From an uncultured Candidatus Saccharibacteria bacterium (GTDB lineage Bacteria > Patescibacteriota > Doudnabacteria > UBA920): a stretch of 64,000 nt of DNA. Location of the stretch: the NCBI GenBank assembly GCA_964631145.1, contig CAZVXT010000003.1:2750-66749 (forward strand), in the 5' to 3' direction. Positions 1 through 10,255 of this stretch are shown here, piece after piece. Below the pieces are notes generated by a model that worked only from the letters and a program-made list of their open reading frames with translations, made no database searches and was not told the origin of the DNA. Within the stretch, counting starts at the first letter, position 1. Each line of letters opens with the position of its first letter. The position numbers and the translations under genes are program-made.

Positions 1-1
1 A

Positions 2-931
2 AGTAAAGGTGGAACTGCTGGATATGTCTGGCAAGACAATGCTGGCAACCTTCGCATTAACACTGCGGCGCCAAGTAACGCCAACGATACTGCCGGAACT
101 GTGGTCGGTACACAAACTTCTACTCGCGACACTAAGCAAGACATAACTGACTACACCGATTACACCGCTGCTTTGTTGATGGTAACCAATGCACCATTGC
201 ATACTTTTCGCTATATTAAAGATGTCCAAGGTTACGGTGACAATAGTGCGCTTGCAAAACAAAGAATTGGATTCATTGCCGATGAAGTGGCATCTGATTT
301 CATGTGGGGCAATGCTATCGATCAAGTATCAATCAATGGTATATTAATGGCTAGCGTAAAGGCTTTAGATCAGAAAATTTCAGACTTGCAAACTCAAGTA
401 GCAAACATTCAGGGGCAGCAACCTGGCGGACAACCTACTCTTTCTTCTAACACACCGTTAGTATTACATAACCACTTATACTTATCAGAAGATTCAGTCG
501 GTGAAGCCAAGATTTTGTCTGGCAGTACTAGTGTAAGAATTACTTTCTCTAAGCCTTATGAATATCAACCGATTGTTACCATTACTCCTGGTGGCAGAGT
601 GGGTTCTGAATATTGGGTAGCAGATAAGGATAATACTGGATTTACTATTTATATTGCAAACGGTATACAGACAGATGTTATGTTTGACTGGCATGCGTTT
701 GCTGGACCTCAGGCTAAATTAACAATTTCTGATGGTTCGACTACACCGATTACATTGGTAGTAGCAAATAATAATAATTCGGGGCAAGTGTTAGGAGATT
801 CAACTCCGTCTGCAACTGACAATACTGTTACGACTGATTCAACTTCAAATCCAAGTGCTCCATCTGTAGATCCAGCACCAGATAGTACACAATCTAATAC
901 TGCAGATCAAACATCACCACAAAACCCTTAA
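2..931 (+). CDS. Tail-fibre-like protein carrying an intramolecular chaperone (Peptidase_S74-like) domain; 5' partial, the frame is open back to the window start.
   Basis: Translation contains S-T-R-D-T-K ... RIGFIADEV ... VSINGIL ... VKALDQKISDLQ, matching the S74 chaperone pattern (SDxRxK, GxIAQEV, coiled coil). No stop occurs in frame from nt 2. Confidence 0.5.
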   Translation, partial: SKGGTAGYVWQDNAGNLRINTAAPSNANDTAGTVVGTQTSTRDTKQDITDYTDYTAALLMVTNAPLHTFRYIKDVQGYGDNSALAKQRIGFIADEVASDFMWGNAIDQVSINGILMASVKALDQKISDLQTQVANIQGQQPGGQPTLSSNTPLVLHNHLYLSEDSVGEAKILSGSTSVRITFSKPYEYQPIVTITPGGRVGSEYWVADKDNTGFTIYIANGIQTDVMFDWHAFAGPQAKLTISDGSTTPITLVVANNNNSGQVLGDSTPSATDNTVTTDSTSNPSAPSVDPAPDSTQSNTADQTSPQNP

Positions 932-956
932 AGGTTTGTGGTGATTTGATTTCAAA

Positions 957-982
957 AAACTCTCGCAATCGAGAGTTTTTAT
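957..982. terminator. Bidirectional rho-independent terminator between convergent genes.
   Basis: Hairpin actctcg-caat-cgagagt flanked by an A-run and a T-run. Confidence 0.5.
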
Positions 983-986
983 TATT

Positions 987-1589
987 CTAGCTTTGTTGAA
1001 ATTTATCCATTCCTACTTTGTTAGCTAAGTCTTCTACAGATTGCCAGTTTAGATTTTCAAAAAATGCATTAATGTAATCGGCTCTAGCCACTCCATAATC
1101 CATCATGTATGCATGCTCGTAAACGTCTAATGCAACCAGTGGAGTAGCATGCCAAATTGGAAAGCCATCATGCTGATCACCTAAATAATTAAAAAGCTTT
1201 CCTGTTTGCCAATCCCAGGCTAGCCAAACCCAGCCACGTGCTGCCAGACCTGTTGCCTTCATATCTTGTTGCCAAGATTCAAACCCTCCAAATTGTTTAT
1301 CTATTTCAGCGCCTATCCATCCTTGGGGTTTGCCACCTTGTCCAGATAAGTTTTCAAAATAAAGTTCGTGGCTTTTGATTGCGTCTAATGCAAAGCTGTA
1401 ACCAAGTTTTAGAGCTCTTAAATCACTATAAGTGGCATTTGCAGAAGTATAGTCAACTGTTTTTAATTTCTCTAAAATTTCATTTGCTTTTTTGACATAA
1501 CCTTCATAAAGTTTGTAATGCTCGGTCATTAGTTTTTCGGATAGTCCTTTGACTCCACTAATGCTGGCAAATTGTTTTGCTTGATACAT
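987..1589 (-). CDS. sodA: Fe/Mn superoxide dismutase.
   Basis: Motifs HYKLYEGYV and DVYEHAYMMDYG. Start is trimmed to MYQAKQF; the upstream ORF extension is basic junk. Confidence 0.85.
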   Translation of the reverse strand: MYQAKQFASISGVKGLSEKLMTEHYKLYEGYVKKANEILEKLKTVDYTSANATYSDLRALKLGYSFALDAIKSHELYFENLSGQGGKPQGWIGAEIDKQFGGFESWQQDMKATGLAARGWVWLAWDWQTGKLFNYLGDQHDGFPIWHATPLVALDVYEHAYMMDYGVARADYINAFFENLNWQSVEDLANKVGMDKFQQS

Positions 1590-1625
1590 AAAAGTAAGAT
1601 TTAATGGTAATTTAAAAGTAACAAA

Positions 1626-1660
1626 AAAGATACCGTATCGCAAACGGTATCTTTTTAATT
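1626..1660. terminator. Rho-independent terminator, readable on both strands.
   Basis: agataccgt-atcgcaa-acggtatct with T/A runs on either side. Confidence 0.55.
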
Positions 1661-1669
1661 TTTGATTTT

Positions 1670-2236
1670 TTATGCTTTTCCTAAAGTGTCTTTGCCGTGT
1701 TCCCAGTTTGCAGGGCATCTCTCGCCAGTTTGTAATGCTTCTACTACTCTAAGCATTTCGGTGATATTTCTTCCTACAGAATCTGCAGAAACAAGCATAA
1801 AACGAAGCTTTCCTTCTGGATCGATTACAAAAGTTCCTCGTTGAGCGCTTCCGTCATCGTCTAGAACATCATAAATATCTGCTAGTTCTTGGGTTGTATC
1901 TGCAATAATTGGATAGCTAACCTCTTTTAATCGTGCATCAGTTTCAAACCATGCTTTGTGTGCATACTCACTGTCTGTGCTTGCACCTAAAACTTCACAA
2001 TTTAGTTTTTGGAATTCTGGATATAGCTTTCCAAATTCTGCAATCTCAGTAGGGCAGATAAAGGTAAAATCTCTTGGATAAAAGAATAGCACTAACCATT
2101 TTCCTGAGTAGTCGCTAAGAGAGACCTTATGAAATTCTCCTTTATGATAACTTTGCATGTCTTTAAATATTGGAGCTGCTTGTCCAACTTTTGGTGCAAA
2201 ATCAAAGTCATTAAATTCTTCTATATTGTTTTCCAT
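1670..2236 (-). CDS. 2-Cys peroxiredoxin (AhpC/TSA family).
   Basis: FTFICPTEI active-site motif; 188 aa. Confidence 0.85.
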   Translation of the reverse strand: MENNIEEFNDFDFAPKVGQAAPIFKDMQSYHKGEFHKVSLSDYSGKWLVLFFYPRDFTFICPTEIAEFGKLYPEFQKLNCEVLGASTDSEYAHKAWFETDARLKEVSYPIIADTTQELADIYDVLDDDGSAQRGTFVIDPEGKLRFMLVSADSVGRNITEMLRVVEALQTGERCPANWEHGKDTLGKA

Positions 2237-2699
2237 AAAATATTATTAATTACATGTTTATAATAACTTGTTTTTCAAATATTTTGAAGTAACTAAGAAA
2301 TGAATTAACTACAGGTTTATATAACTTTTGAGTGAATTCCGCAGCCCTATATTATAAGTTAATTTTTAGAGCGAGGACTAGTGAAATAGTTATATAAACC
2401 TCGTTGTATATTCTTTAAAGATTATAAAATTCTTTTATAAGATAGATTTGACCAAAGTGGGGTAGAAGTGGTATATTGATGTTGTTAATTTAATTTTAAA
2501 ATTTTGTTGTTTGCCGTAATTCTTACTTTGGAAGAAGCGCAGAATGATTTTAAACTATGAACAAATTTTCCACTCTTTCTTTAAGAGAATCTAGTAAAAA
2601 TTTTATATTTAGACCAATGTCAGCACAACTGGCTGGTCTTTAATTTTTGCTAAAATTTGATGTTTAAAATACTGCAAGCAGCAAGTTTGTAAGGATTTT

Positions 2700-4244
2700 A
2701 TGTTATTAATTTATATTGCTATTGGATTAGCGGTTGGCGCTCTAATTGGATATTTTGGTCGCCAAACATTGATTTCCAAAAAAGTAGCTGGTGCAGAAAG
2801 AAATGCAGAGCGAATTTTGGAAGATGCAAAAAATAAAGAGAAAGAAGTTTTAATCGAAGCTAAAGCTAGAGCTTTAGAAATAACCGAATCTGCTAAAAAA
2901 GCAGAAGCGGATTTCCGGGCGCAAATTGTACGCTTTGAAGAGCGTATTGATCGCCGTGAAAAAGATTTGGACGTAAAAACTTCTCAGTTAGAGAAGCGAA
3001 ATAGTGAAGTCGAGCAAGAAAAGAAGGATTTACAAATTGCTCGAGACGAAGTTAAAGAGCTTAGAGCTAAGCAATTAGAAAACTTGCAAAAAATTGCTGC
3101 TATGACAAAGGAAGAAGCGGCAAAAGTTTTGTTAGATAATACAGAAAAGCAAATTAAAGAAGAAATGCTTGGATTGCACCGTAAGTTAATTGCGGAGGCT
3201 CATGAGACAGCAGACAAAGAAGCTCGCAAAATAGTTGCTCAAGCCATCGAACGCGTGGCAACTGAAGTTACTGCAGAAAGCACAACAACTACTGTTGATA
3301 TTCCTAACGAAGAAATGAAGGGTCGTATTATCGGAAAAGAAGGGCGTAATATTAGAACCTTTGAGCAGTTAATGGGTGTTGAAATTTTAATTGATGATAG
3401 TCCAGACTCTGTAGTTGTTTCTGGGTTTAATTCTATAAGACGTTACATTGCAAAGTTAACATTAGAAAAACTTTTACAAGATGGACGTATTCATCCTGCT
3501 CGCATTGAAGAAGGGTATGAAAAAAGCAAAGCTGAAGTTAACGAGCAAATTAAACGCGCTGGTGAAGATGCAGTTTACGAACTTGGTATTACATCATTTC
3601 CTCCAAAGCTTGTGCATCTGGTTGGGCGTTTAAAGTTTAGAACTTCATATGGACAAAACATTTTGCTTCACTCTGTAGAAATGGCAAAGATTGCATCTTT
3701 AATTGCAGAACAGCTTGGCGCTGATCAGCAGATAGTTAAGCAAGGTGCGCTTCTTCACGATATTGGTAAAGCGCTTGATCAAGATATGGAAGGAACTCAT
3801 GTGGAAATTGGTCGTCGTATTGCCGAGAAGTTTGGATTAGATGAAAAAGTTATTGAAGCTATCGAATCTCATCACCACGACACTGATGTGGCTGAGCATT
3901 CTACTCATCGTCAGCCATTATCTGTAGAGGCTATGATTGTAGATGCTGCGGATGGTATTTCTGGTTCTCGTCCTGGAGCTCGTAAAGACAGCTTTGAAAA
4001 TTATGTAAAGCGCTTAACAGATCTCGAAACTATTGCCAATTCCTTTGAAGGCGTAGAAAAGACTTATGCAATTCAGGGTGGTAGAGAACTTCGAGTTTTC
4101 GTAACTCCAACTGTGCTTGATGATTATGCTTGTCAAAAACTTGCTCGTAGTATTGCTAATCGTTTGCAGAATGAGCTTAAATTTCCTGGTGAAATTAGAG
4201 TTCAGGTAATTCGCGACTTTAGAGTAATCGAGTACGCAAGATAA
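2700..4244 (+). CDS. rny: Ribonuclease Y.
   Basis: N-terminal TM helix, coiled coil, KH domain (GRIIGKEGRNIR) and HD domain (LLHDIGK); 514 aa. Confidence 0.9.
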   Translation: MLLIYIAIGLAVGALIGYFGRQTLISKKVAGAERNAERILEDAKNKEKEVLIEAKARALEITESAKKAEADFRAQIVRFEERIDRREKDLDVKTSQLEKRNSEVEQEKKDLQIARDEVKELRAKQLENLQKIAAMTKEEAAKVLLDNTEKQIKEEMLGLHRKLIAEAHETADKEARKIVAQAIERVATEVTAESTTTTVDIPNEEMKGRIIGKEGRNIRTFEQLMGVEILIDDSPDSVVVSGFNSIRRYIAKLTLEKLLQDGRIHPARIEEGYEKSKAEVNEQIKRAGEDAVYELGITSFPPKLVHLVGRLKFRTSYGQNILLHSVEMAKIASLIAEQLGADQQIVKQGALLHDIGKALDQDMEGTHVEIGRRIAEKFGLDEKVIEAIESHHHDTDVAEHSTHRQPLSVEAMIVDAADGISGSRPGARKDSFENYVKRLTDLETIANSFEGVEKTYAIQGGRELRVFVTPTVLDDYACQKLARSIANRLQNELKFPGEIRVQVIRDFRVIEYAR

Positions 4245-4262
4245 AATTATATTAACTTTAAT

Positions 4263-4300
4263 AAACTTTGGTGTTAAATTTAATACCAAAGTTTTTTTTA
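4263..4300 (+). terminator. rny terminator.
   Basis: aactttggtgttaaatttaataccaaagtt followed by T8. Confidence 0.7.
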
Positions 4301-4319
4301 TTTTTTAAGGAGGAAAAAA

Positions 4320-5104
4320 ATGGCAAGACGAAAAAGCATCATTGTTGTTCTAGTATCACAGAGCAAGATTATTATGATCAAGCTCAAAAGCAATTATTAA
4401 AACATCACCCATTTTCTGACAAGGTTGTCAGTGCAATTATTAGCACATTAGAGCTTGGAGATTTTTGTGGTTGTAAACTGCTAGCAATTGGACAAGTAGT
4501 TGATTCTAAGTTTTTTTGGCAATATGTTTTGAACACTGGAAAGTTGTCCATCGATCAAGTTAGAGAAATAGCAGAAAGGCATTATTTAAGTTGGAAGTGT
4601 TTGTTAAGAATGACGGCAAAGGCAAAAGAAAAAAATCCTAAAGCCAATGGTATTTTTAAGATGCCATATAAAAAAGAAGACTTTGAACTAGTGTTAGCTA
4701 GGGGTGGTGACGAAGAAGTTTTGGCTTTAGGTATTCAATCCGGGTTGTATAAGCAGGAAGATATTATTAGTTTATTACAAGAAAATAACTATGGATTGGG
4801 TTGCGACTGTGTGCAAATCGCCATTATTGAAAGTAAGATAATGCCTTTGGTTGGCATATGGTTGCTTGATCGATATTCGGGTGATTATGCTTTGGGGGTG
4901 ATAAATCTGTATTTAGATATAGATCGTCCTAAAGGTGAGGATTTGGAAGATTATTTAGAATCTGCGGTAGAATTATTTCCTCATTATTCAGCAGCGATTT
5001 ATACTAAAGCTTTGCAAATCCCAAATAATCAATTATCAGATAGTTTTCTTGCTCAGTTGGTTAGAAATGGTGCACTCAATGTATCTGTTCCAGCAAGTGC
5101 TTAG
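4320..5104 (+). CDS. Hypothetical protein with an apparent frameshift near its start.
   Basis: A strong AAGGAGG ribosome-binding site sits 7 nt before ATG 4320, but that frame stops after 27 codons. The long ORF continues in the -1 frame from about 4331 across the run gAAAAAg. The ORF-track TTG start at 4268 lies inside the rny terminator hairpin. Confidence 0.4.
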
Positions 5105-5111
5105 CATTTTT

Positions 5112-5140
5112 GAAGCGTATATTGTACGCTTCTTTTTATT
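5112..5140 (+). terminator. Rho-independent terminator.
   Basis: gaagcgta-tattg-tacgcttc followed by a T-run. Confidence 0.6.
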
Positions 5141-5540
5141 TTGTGTAATTGTTATAATTGGTATTAGCAAGAAGTGCTTTTTAGTTTTAAAATTTATTTA
5201 TTGTAGAGCAACATAGTAAAGTTCATAAACCATCAGTTGTTGATTACTATTAATTATATTTATAGTTTTTGCTAGTTGGATAGGATTATTTTTTCTTCCT
5301 TTAGAAAACTGGCAATACGATGGTGTGATATTATACGCTGTTCCTTTATTTTGAGGCTTGGTATTTTATTTATTTGGAAGATATAAAGGGTGGGATAAGC
5401 CTTTGCATTCTTTATTGAAATATTTTTTGATATTGTTTATGTTAGCAGTCTCAATATGTATTATGCTTATTATATTTACTATTTTCTTTGCTATTTTGGG
5501 ATTATTTCACACTTCTTCTTACGGAGGTTTTATATAAAAT

Positions 5541-6351
5541 TATGACTAAAATATTGATAATCGGGGATATCATGGGTAAGCCAGGACGACTAGGTTTGCA
5601 AAAGATTATCCCAGAACTAAAAACTGAATACTCTCCAGATGTAATGCTGGCAAATGTAGAAAATTTAACTCACGGCAAAGGTATAATTGAAAAGCATATT
5701 ATAGAATTAAATAATTTGGGATTTGATGCTTATACTTCCGGTAATCACGTTTTTGATAGCGGTCCGCATGCAGAAGATTGCTTTGATAAATTTCCGCAAA
5801 TTATTCGCCCTGCTAATTATACCGGAATCAATAAACATCTTCCTGGATCTGGCTATTACCGTTTTGCCAAAAATGGACAGCAATTTTTGGTGATAAATCT
5901 GTCTGGACAGGTATTTATGAATGGTAAAGATAAATTTGAAATCACTAATGCATTTTTTGAATTTGATAAAATCTATCAAGATCAAGCCAGTAAAGATGAT
6001 ATAATTATTGTAGATTTGCATGCGGAGGCAACTAGCGAAAAACAAGCTCTTGCTTGGTATATTGATGGGCGCGCTCATGTTTTGTATGGTACTCATACCC
6101 ATGTTCCAACTAACGATGCAAAGATTTTGCCTAAGGGCTTGGCTACTCAAACTGATGTAGGGATGACAGGCGATCGAGATTCTGTGATAGGTGTGATTCC
6201 GGACAGTGCTTTAGTTTTATATTTACAAAACGCAAAACCAAAATTAGATATTGTAGAAGCCGGAATCGCAGTGGTTAATGCATTATATGTAGAAATAGAA
6301 AACGGACGTGCGACCAACACGAAAATTATACAAAAAGAAATAGAAGTTTAA
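5541..6351 (+). CDS. ymdB: YmdB-family metallophosphoesterase (2',3'-cyclic-nucleotide phosphodiesterase-like).
   Basis: MTKILIIGDIMGKPGR N-terminus and metallophosphatase motifs. The ORF-track start at 5488 is an N-terminal over-extension. Confidence 0.75.
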
Positions 6352-6369
6352 TTTTAATTTAAAATAAAA

Positions 6370-6894
6370 ATGCAATTTATTAAACCAGATCAAATAGTAT
6401 CACAAATTGGCTTAAGATCTACTAATGTGGTGGCAGACTTTGGTTGCGGAGCTGGGTATTTTAGCTTAGCGGCTGCAAAAATTGTGGGAGCAAGTGGCAA
6501 GGTTTATTCGATAGATATCCAAGATGCAAAATTAGCTGCAACGGCTTCTGCTGCATCGGGACATAATTTGCGCAATATACAGACACTACACGCTGATCTA
6601 GAAAAGACCTTAAACTTGGATGCTGGAACTTTTGATGCTGTAATGCTTGCTAGTATACTTCACGAAGCTAAAGATTTAGATACAGTAATTGCCAATGCAT
6701 ATCGATTATTAAAAACTGCAGGGTTGCTGCTTATTGTAGAATGGAAGACTCAATCTACTCCGTTTGGTCCAAGCTTGGAACGCAGAATTTCGGAGCCAGA
6801 TTTGCTGAGCAAATTAGAAAAAGCCGGATTTGGTATGCTTAAGCAGTTAAAAGCAGACTCTTATCATTATGCGGCTGTTTTAAAGAAGCATTAA
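6370..6894 (+). CDS. Class I SAM-dependent methyltransferase.
   Basis: VADFGCGAGYFS motif I; 174 aa. Confidence 0.7.
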   Translation: MQFIKPDQIVSQIGLRSTNVVADFGCGAGYFSLAAAKIVGASGKVYSIDIQDAKLAATASAASGHNLRNIQTLHADLEKTLNLDAGTFDAVMLASILHEAKDLDTVIANAYRLLKTAGLLLIVEWKTQSTPFGPSLERRISEPDLLSKLEKAGFGMLKQLKADSYHYAAVLKKH

Positions 6895-6941
6895 ATTGCC
6901 CTCTTGCATCAGTTATAAACTTTCGGTAAGATAATTTTATT

Positions 6942-7355
6942 ATGTTAACAAATATACATTTTTCCAATCTTTTGAAAAAAGATTACTGGTTAGAAATAGA
7001 TAGAGTAAGTTTACATTTTATAGATAAAAGTTTTTTGTATCTTGGAGCGGTTTTGGTGGTTTTAGGCGTTGGGGTTTTGGTTTGGAAATCTATATATAAA
7101 AATCAATTATTAAAACCATCGTTGTCTACAATAGGAAATACTTTGCTTGTAGTGGGTATACTAGAAATGCTATGGTTTTTGCTCAGAATTCAATTTATAT
7201 CTGTTTTGGGTACAAGGATTTCTGCATTAATTGTTGTGATTGCTGGAATCCTTTGGCTAATTAAACCAATAAAATACTTATTATTGCATTATAAATCAGA
7301 TTTACAAGATTATCATAAAAAACAACTCAAAGAAAAATACTTACAAATGAGATAA
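6942..7355 (+). CDS. Small membrane protein.
   Basis: Three to four hydrophobic helices; no recognisable motif. Confidence 0.4.
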   Translation: MLTNIHFSNLLKKDYWLEIDRVSLHFIDKSFLYLGAVLVVLGVGVLVWKSIYKNQLLKPSLSTIGNTLLVVGILEMLWFLLRIQFISVLGTRISALIVVIAGILWLIKPIKYLLLHYKSDLQDYHKKQLKEKYLQMR

Positions 7356-7358
7356 ATA

Positions 7359-7385
7359 AAAAGCACTATAAAGTGCTTTTTATAT
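7359..7385 (+). terminator. Rho-independent terminator.
   Basis: aaagcact-ataa-agtgcttt followed by a T-run. Confidence 0.65.
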
Positions 7386-7412
7386 TGACATTTGATTTAC
7401 AATTCTATATGA

Positions 7413-8375
7413 TTGATCAGTTTGATAGGAGGACTTATGATTGAATTAATTGTTATTCCAGCATTAGAGATTAAGGGATTTGGAGAGTTTTGTAAAACTT
7501 ATGGTCCAAATGCAATTGCTTTAGACGGTTTTGTAAAAGCATCTCCACAGAGAAGCTTTAAAAATCGTTGTATTAATTGGAATCACCATGACGGTGTTAG
7601 TCGTGCAGATACTTACGCAACCTGCGCACAAGCTTTAACAGGAATACGCCAACAAGCTATGTTAATGTTTAAACAAGATGGTGATACAAATGTAAAAGTT
7701 TATGTTAATGATTGTGATGAAGATGTTTGTTTGGCATGGGCTATTATCCATAATTTTCATTTACACAAATCTCCTTATAATCCACTTTTAAATCGTCTCG
7801 TTGAAATTGAAAATAGATTAGACGCCTCTATGGGTATATATCCATATGGTGTAGATTTACCAATGTTAAAAACTTTAGAGTGGATTTATCAGCCTTATAG
7901 AGAGTTTGTAAAAAATGGTGGCAAAAATAAATCTATTGCAAATGAATTTGCTTCTGTAATATTTTCAGTAGAAAATAGAATTAACTCTTACTTATTAGGA
8001 AATGCTGAAGAGTTACCAGTAGATGATAGTTATGATTTGGTTAAAGATTATAAAATTGGAAACTATAGAATAGGTCAAATTATTCAACATGGATCCCTCG
8101 CAAAAATGCTTGCATGCAAAGAAGGGATTCATATCGGCTTAACTATTCAGTCTAATACATTAGGTAAAAATAATGTTACTATCTGGTCTTCAACGCCATA
8201 CATTCCATGTAACATAGAAAAATTAAGCAAAAGATTTAATTTTTTAGAAAAACCTGTAATTGGAAGCTGGGGCGGTGGTGATAGCATATGCGCTAGTCCG
8301 CGTAACATAGGAACAAGTTTAAGCGCCGAAGTTATTTGGGAAGAATTAATTAAAAATATAAAAAGCAATTTATAA
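7413..8375 (+). CDS. Hypothetical protein.
   Basis: Long ORF with coding-like composition; no motif recognised. Confidence 0.45.
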   Translation: MISLIGGLMIELIVIPALEIKGFGEFCKTYGPNAIALDGFVKASPQRSFKNRCINWNHHDGVSRADTYATCAQALTGIRQQAMLMFKQDGDTNVKVYVNDCDEDVCLAWAIIHNFHLHKSPYNPLLNRLVEIENRLDASMGIYPYGVDLPMLKTLEWIYQPYREFVKNGGKNKSIANEFASVIFSVENRINSYLLGNAEELPVDDSYDLVKDYKIGNYRIGQIIQHGSLAKMLACKEGIHIGLTIQSNTLGKNNVTIWSSTPYIPCNIEKLSKRFNFLEKPVIGSWGGGDSICASPRNIGTSLSAEVIWEELIKNIKSNL

Positions 8376-8382
8376 AAATTTA

Positions 8383-8415
8383 CACGGTTTATATTAACCG
8401 TGTTTTATTTTTTCT
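8383..8415 (+). terminator. Rho-independent terminator.
   Basis: acacggtt-tatatt-aaccgtgt followed by a T-run. Confidence 0.65.
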
Positions 8416-8452
8416 TTATTTGGATTTTACCAGCGCTATATAATAATAAATT

Positions 8453-8863
8453 ATGATTAATAAGTTTGGAGTTGGAAAATTTGCAGAAGATTATGCTTTG
8501 TCTTTATACCAAAAGCAAGGATTTGTATTAGTTAAAAGAAATGAGTTTAACCATAAAGGTAAACAGTTGGGGGAAATAGATTTTATTGTTTACAAAAATA
8601 GGCAGCTTGTTTTTGTAGAAGTTAAAGCTAGAAGTAATATCAAATATGGAACGCCTCAAGAATTTGTAGATAAATATAAACAAAATAAATTAATTAAAAC
8701 TGCTAAATGGTTTTTGGCTACCCATCCTAATTTGCAAAATCTACAACCCCAATTTGATGTTATTGCAATTATGATTGACAAGAAAGCAGTTGAAGCTTTA
8801 GATATTGACAAAATAATCAAATCTGTTATAATAATTTCGAATACAGTTGAGGTAAATGACTAG
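8453..8863 (+). CDS. YraN/UPF0102-family endonuclease-like protein.
   Basis: Pattern GE(I/L)DFIV ... LVFVEVKAR ... FDVIAI typical of UPF0102. Confidence 0.6.
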   Translation: MINKFGVGKFAEDYALSLYQKQGFVLVKRNEFNHKGKQLGEIDFIVYKNRQLVFVEVKARSNIKYGTPQEFVDKYKQNKLIKTAKWFLATHPNLQNLQPQFDVIAIMIDKKAVEALDIDKIIKSVIIISNTVEVND

Positions 8864-8890
8864 ATGAGCCGAGCTCATCTTTTTATTTAA
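8864..8890 (+). terminator. Rho-independent terminator.
   Basis: gatgagc-cgag-ctcatc followed by T5. Confidence 0.65.
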
Positions 8891-9067
8891 ACGCACTTAT
8901 ATTTTTGGATTATTTTTATGTCAGCTGCTCCGCTCTTCGCTCTGTGTACTAGAAAGTACACATCGCTTGATGCTCTCAGCTTCCTCAAACTAATCACAAA
9001 AATATAACCGCTTAATATCCTTGCATTAACCTATAATTATAATTTATTAGATATTAATTCATTCAAA

Positions 9068-10246
9068 ATGAACGAACAATTAGAACAAGCTTTGCAACAA
9101 ATTGCAGAGGAAAAAGGAATTAGTCGTGAAGAAATACTCGCTATGATCGAGGCTTCTTTAGCTGCGGCTTTTCGTAAAGACTTTGGTAACAAAGATCAAA
9201 ATATTATTGTTGAATTTAATCCAGAAGATTTATCAGCAAAAATCTTTGATGAAAAAACTGTTGTCCCGATAGCGCAAGAAGAAATTGAAGATCAGCAAAA
9301 AGAAATTTCTGTAGAAGAAGCTCAATCCTGGAAACCTGGTGTAAAACCAGGAGATGTTATTAGACAAGAGATTACTCCAGAAGATGGTATGGAATTTGGT
9401 CGTATTGCCGCTCAAACTGCAAAGCAGGTTATTATTCAAAAACTTCGAGAAGCAGAACGTAACATGCAATTTTCTGATTTCAAATCTAAAGAACGCACCC
9501 TTATTAATGGTATTGTACAAAGAGTTGAAGGTGATACGGTACTTATTGATTTAGGCAAAGCAGTTGGTATTTTGTTCCCGTCAGAAAAAATTCGCAGTGA
9601 AAAATATGAAGTAGGGCAAAGAGTTAAAGTCTTAGTTTTACACGTTGAGCCAACAAGTAAGGGTCCAAAAATTACTTTGTCTCGTAGCCATCCTGATATG
9701 GTTCGTAAGCTTTTCGAATTAGAAGTTCCTGAAATATTTAACGGCACTGTAGAAATTAAGTCCGTTGCTAGAGAAGCTGGAAGTCGCAGCAAAATTGCTG
9801 TAACCTCCACTCAAGAAGGTATTGATCCTATTGGTTCTTGTGTAGGACAAAAAGGAACTCGTGTTCAAACAGTTATGGCAGAATTGGGTGGCGAAAAAAT
9901 TGATATTATCGAATGGGACGAAGATCCTGTAAAATTTATTGCTAATAGTTTGTCTCCAGCAAAAATCTTGAATGTACAGTTGGACTTTGAAGAGCAGTCT
10001 GCTAAAGTTGGTGTTCTTGAAGATCAATTGTCTCTTGCAATTGGTAAGTCTGGTCAAAATGTTCGCTTGGCTGCTCGTTTAACAAACTGGAAAATTGATA
10101 TTGCTTCTGAAGGTGGTAGCTCTGCTCCTGCAGAAGGCTCAGAAGTTGAAGAAAATAGCAGCATAGATGAATCTGCTCCATCAATCGCAGATCAAGAAAG
10201 CATTATGACTGAATTTACTGACGAACAAACAGAAACTAACGAATAA
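9068..10246 (+). CDS. nusA: Transcription termination/antitermination factor NusA.
   Basis: NusA N-terminal domain (ILAMIEASLAAAF), S1 and KH regions, acidic C-terminal tail; 392 aa. Confidence 0.88.
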   Translation: MNEQLEQALQQIAEEKGISREEILAMIEASLAAAFRKDFGNKDQNIIVEFNPEDLSAKIFDEKTVVPIAQEEIEDQQKEISVEEAQSWKPGVKPGDVIRQEITPEDGMEFGRIAAQTAKQVIIQKLREAERNMQFSDFKSKERTLINGIVQRVEGDTVLIDLGKAVGILFPSEKIRSEKYEVGQRVKVLVLHVEPTSKGPKITLSRSHPDMVRKLFELEVPEIFNGTVEIKSVAREAGSRSKIAVTSTQEGIDPIGSCVGQKGTRVQTVMAELGGEKIDIIEWDEDPVKFIANSLSPAKILNVQLDFEEQSAKVGVLEDQLSLAIGKSGQNVRLAARLTNWKIDIASEGGSSAPAEGSEVEENSSIDESAPSIADQESIMTEFTDEQTETNE

Positions 10247-10255
10247 TTTAATTTT

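Noticed and set aside
1662-1844. Short plus-strand ORF 1662..1844.
   Set aside because: It is antisense within the peroxiredoxin gene.
4268-4319. TTG start of the ORF at 4268 given by the ORF track.
   Set aside because: It lies inside the rny terminator hairpin and T-run. The real initiation is at the ribosome-binding site plus ATG at 4320.
5488-5540. N-terminal extensions of the ORF-track starts at 5488, 13828, 15312, 41826, 42478, 45069, 47178 and 61806.
   Set aside because: The conserved N-terminal motifs (MTKILIIGD, MFDKNNFTIVDVETTG, pilin leaders, DnaG MAETDLQ) begin at internal Met codons with a better ribosome-binding site.
5707-6150. Antisense ORFs inside ymdB (5707..6150), nusA (9233..10184), clpP (11268..11522), the island genes (19785..22636), the CAP gene (26738..27438), pilus genes (32817..36894, 42182..44171) and ligA (45950..46427).
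   Set aside because: They are opposite-strand shadows of well-supported genes, have low-complexity translations and lack a ribosome-binding site.
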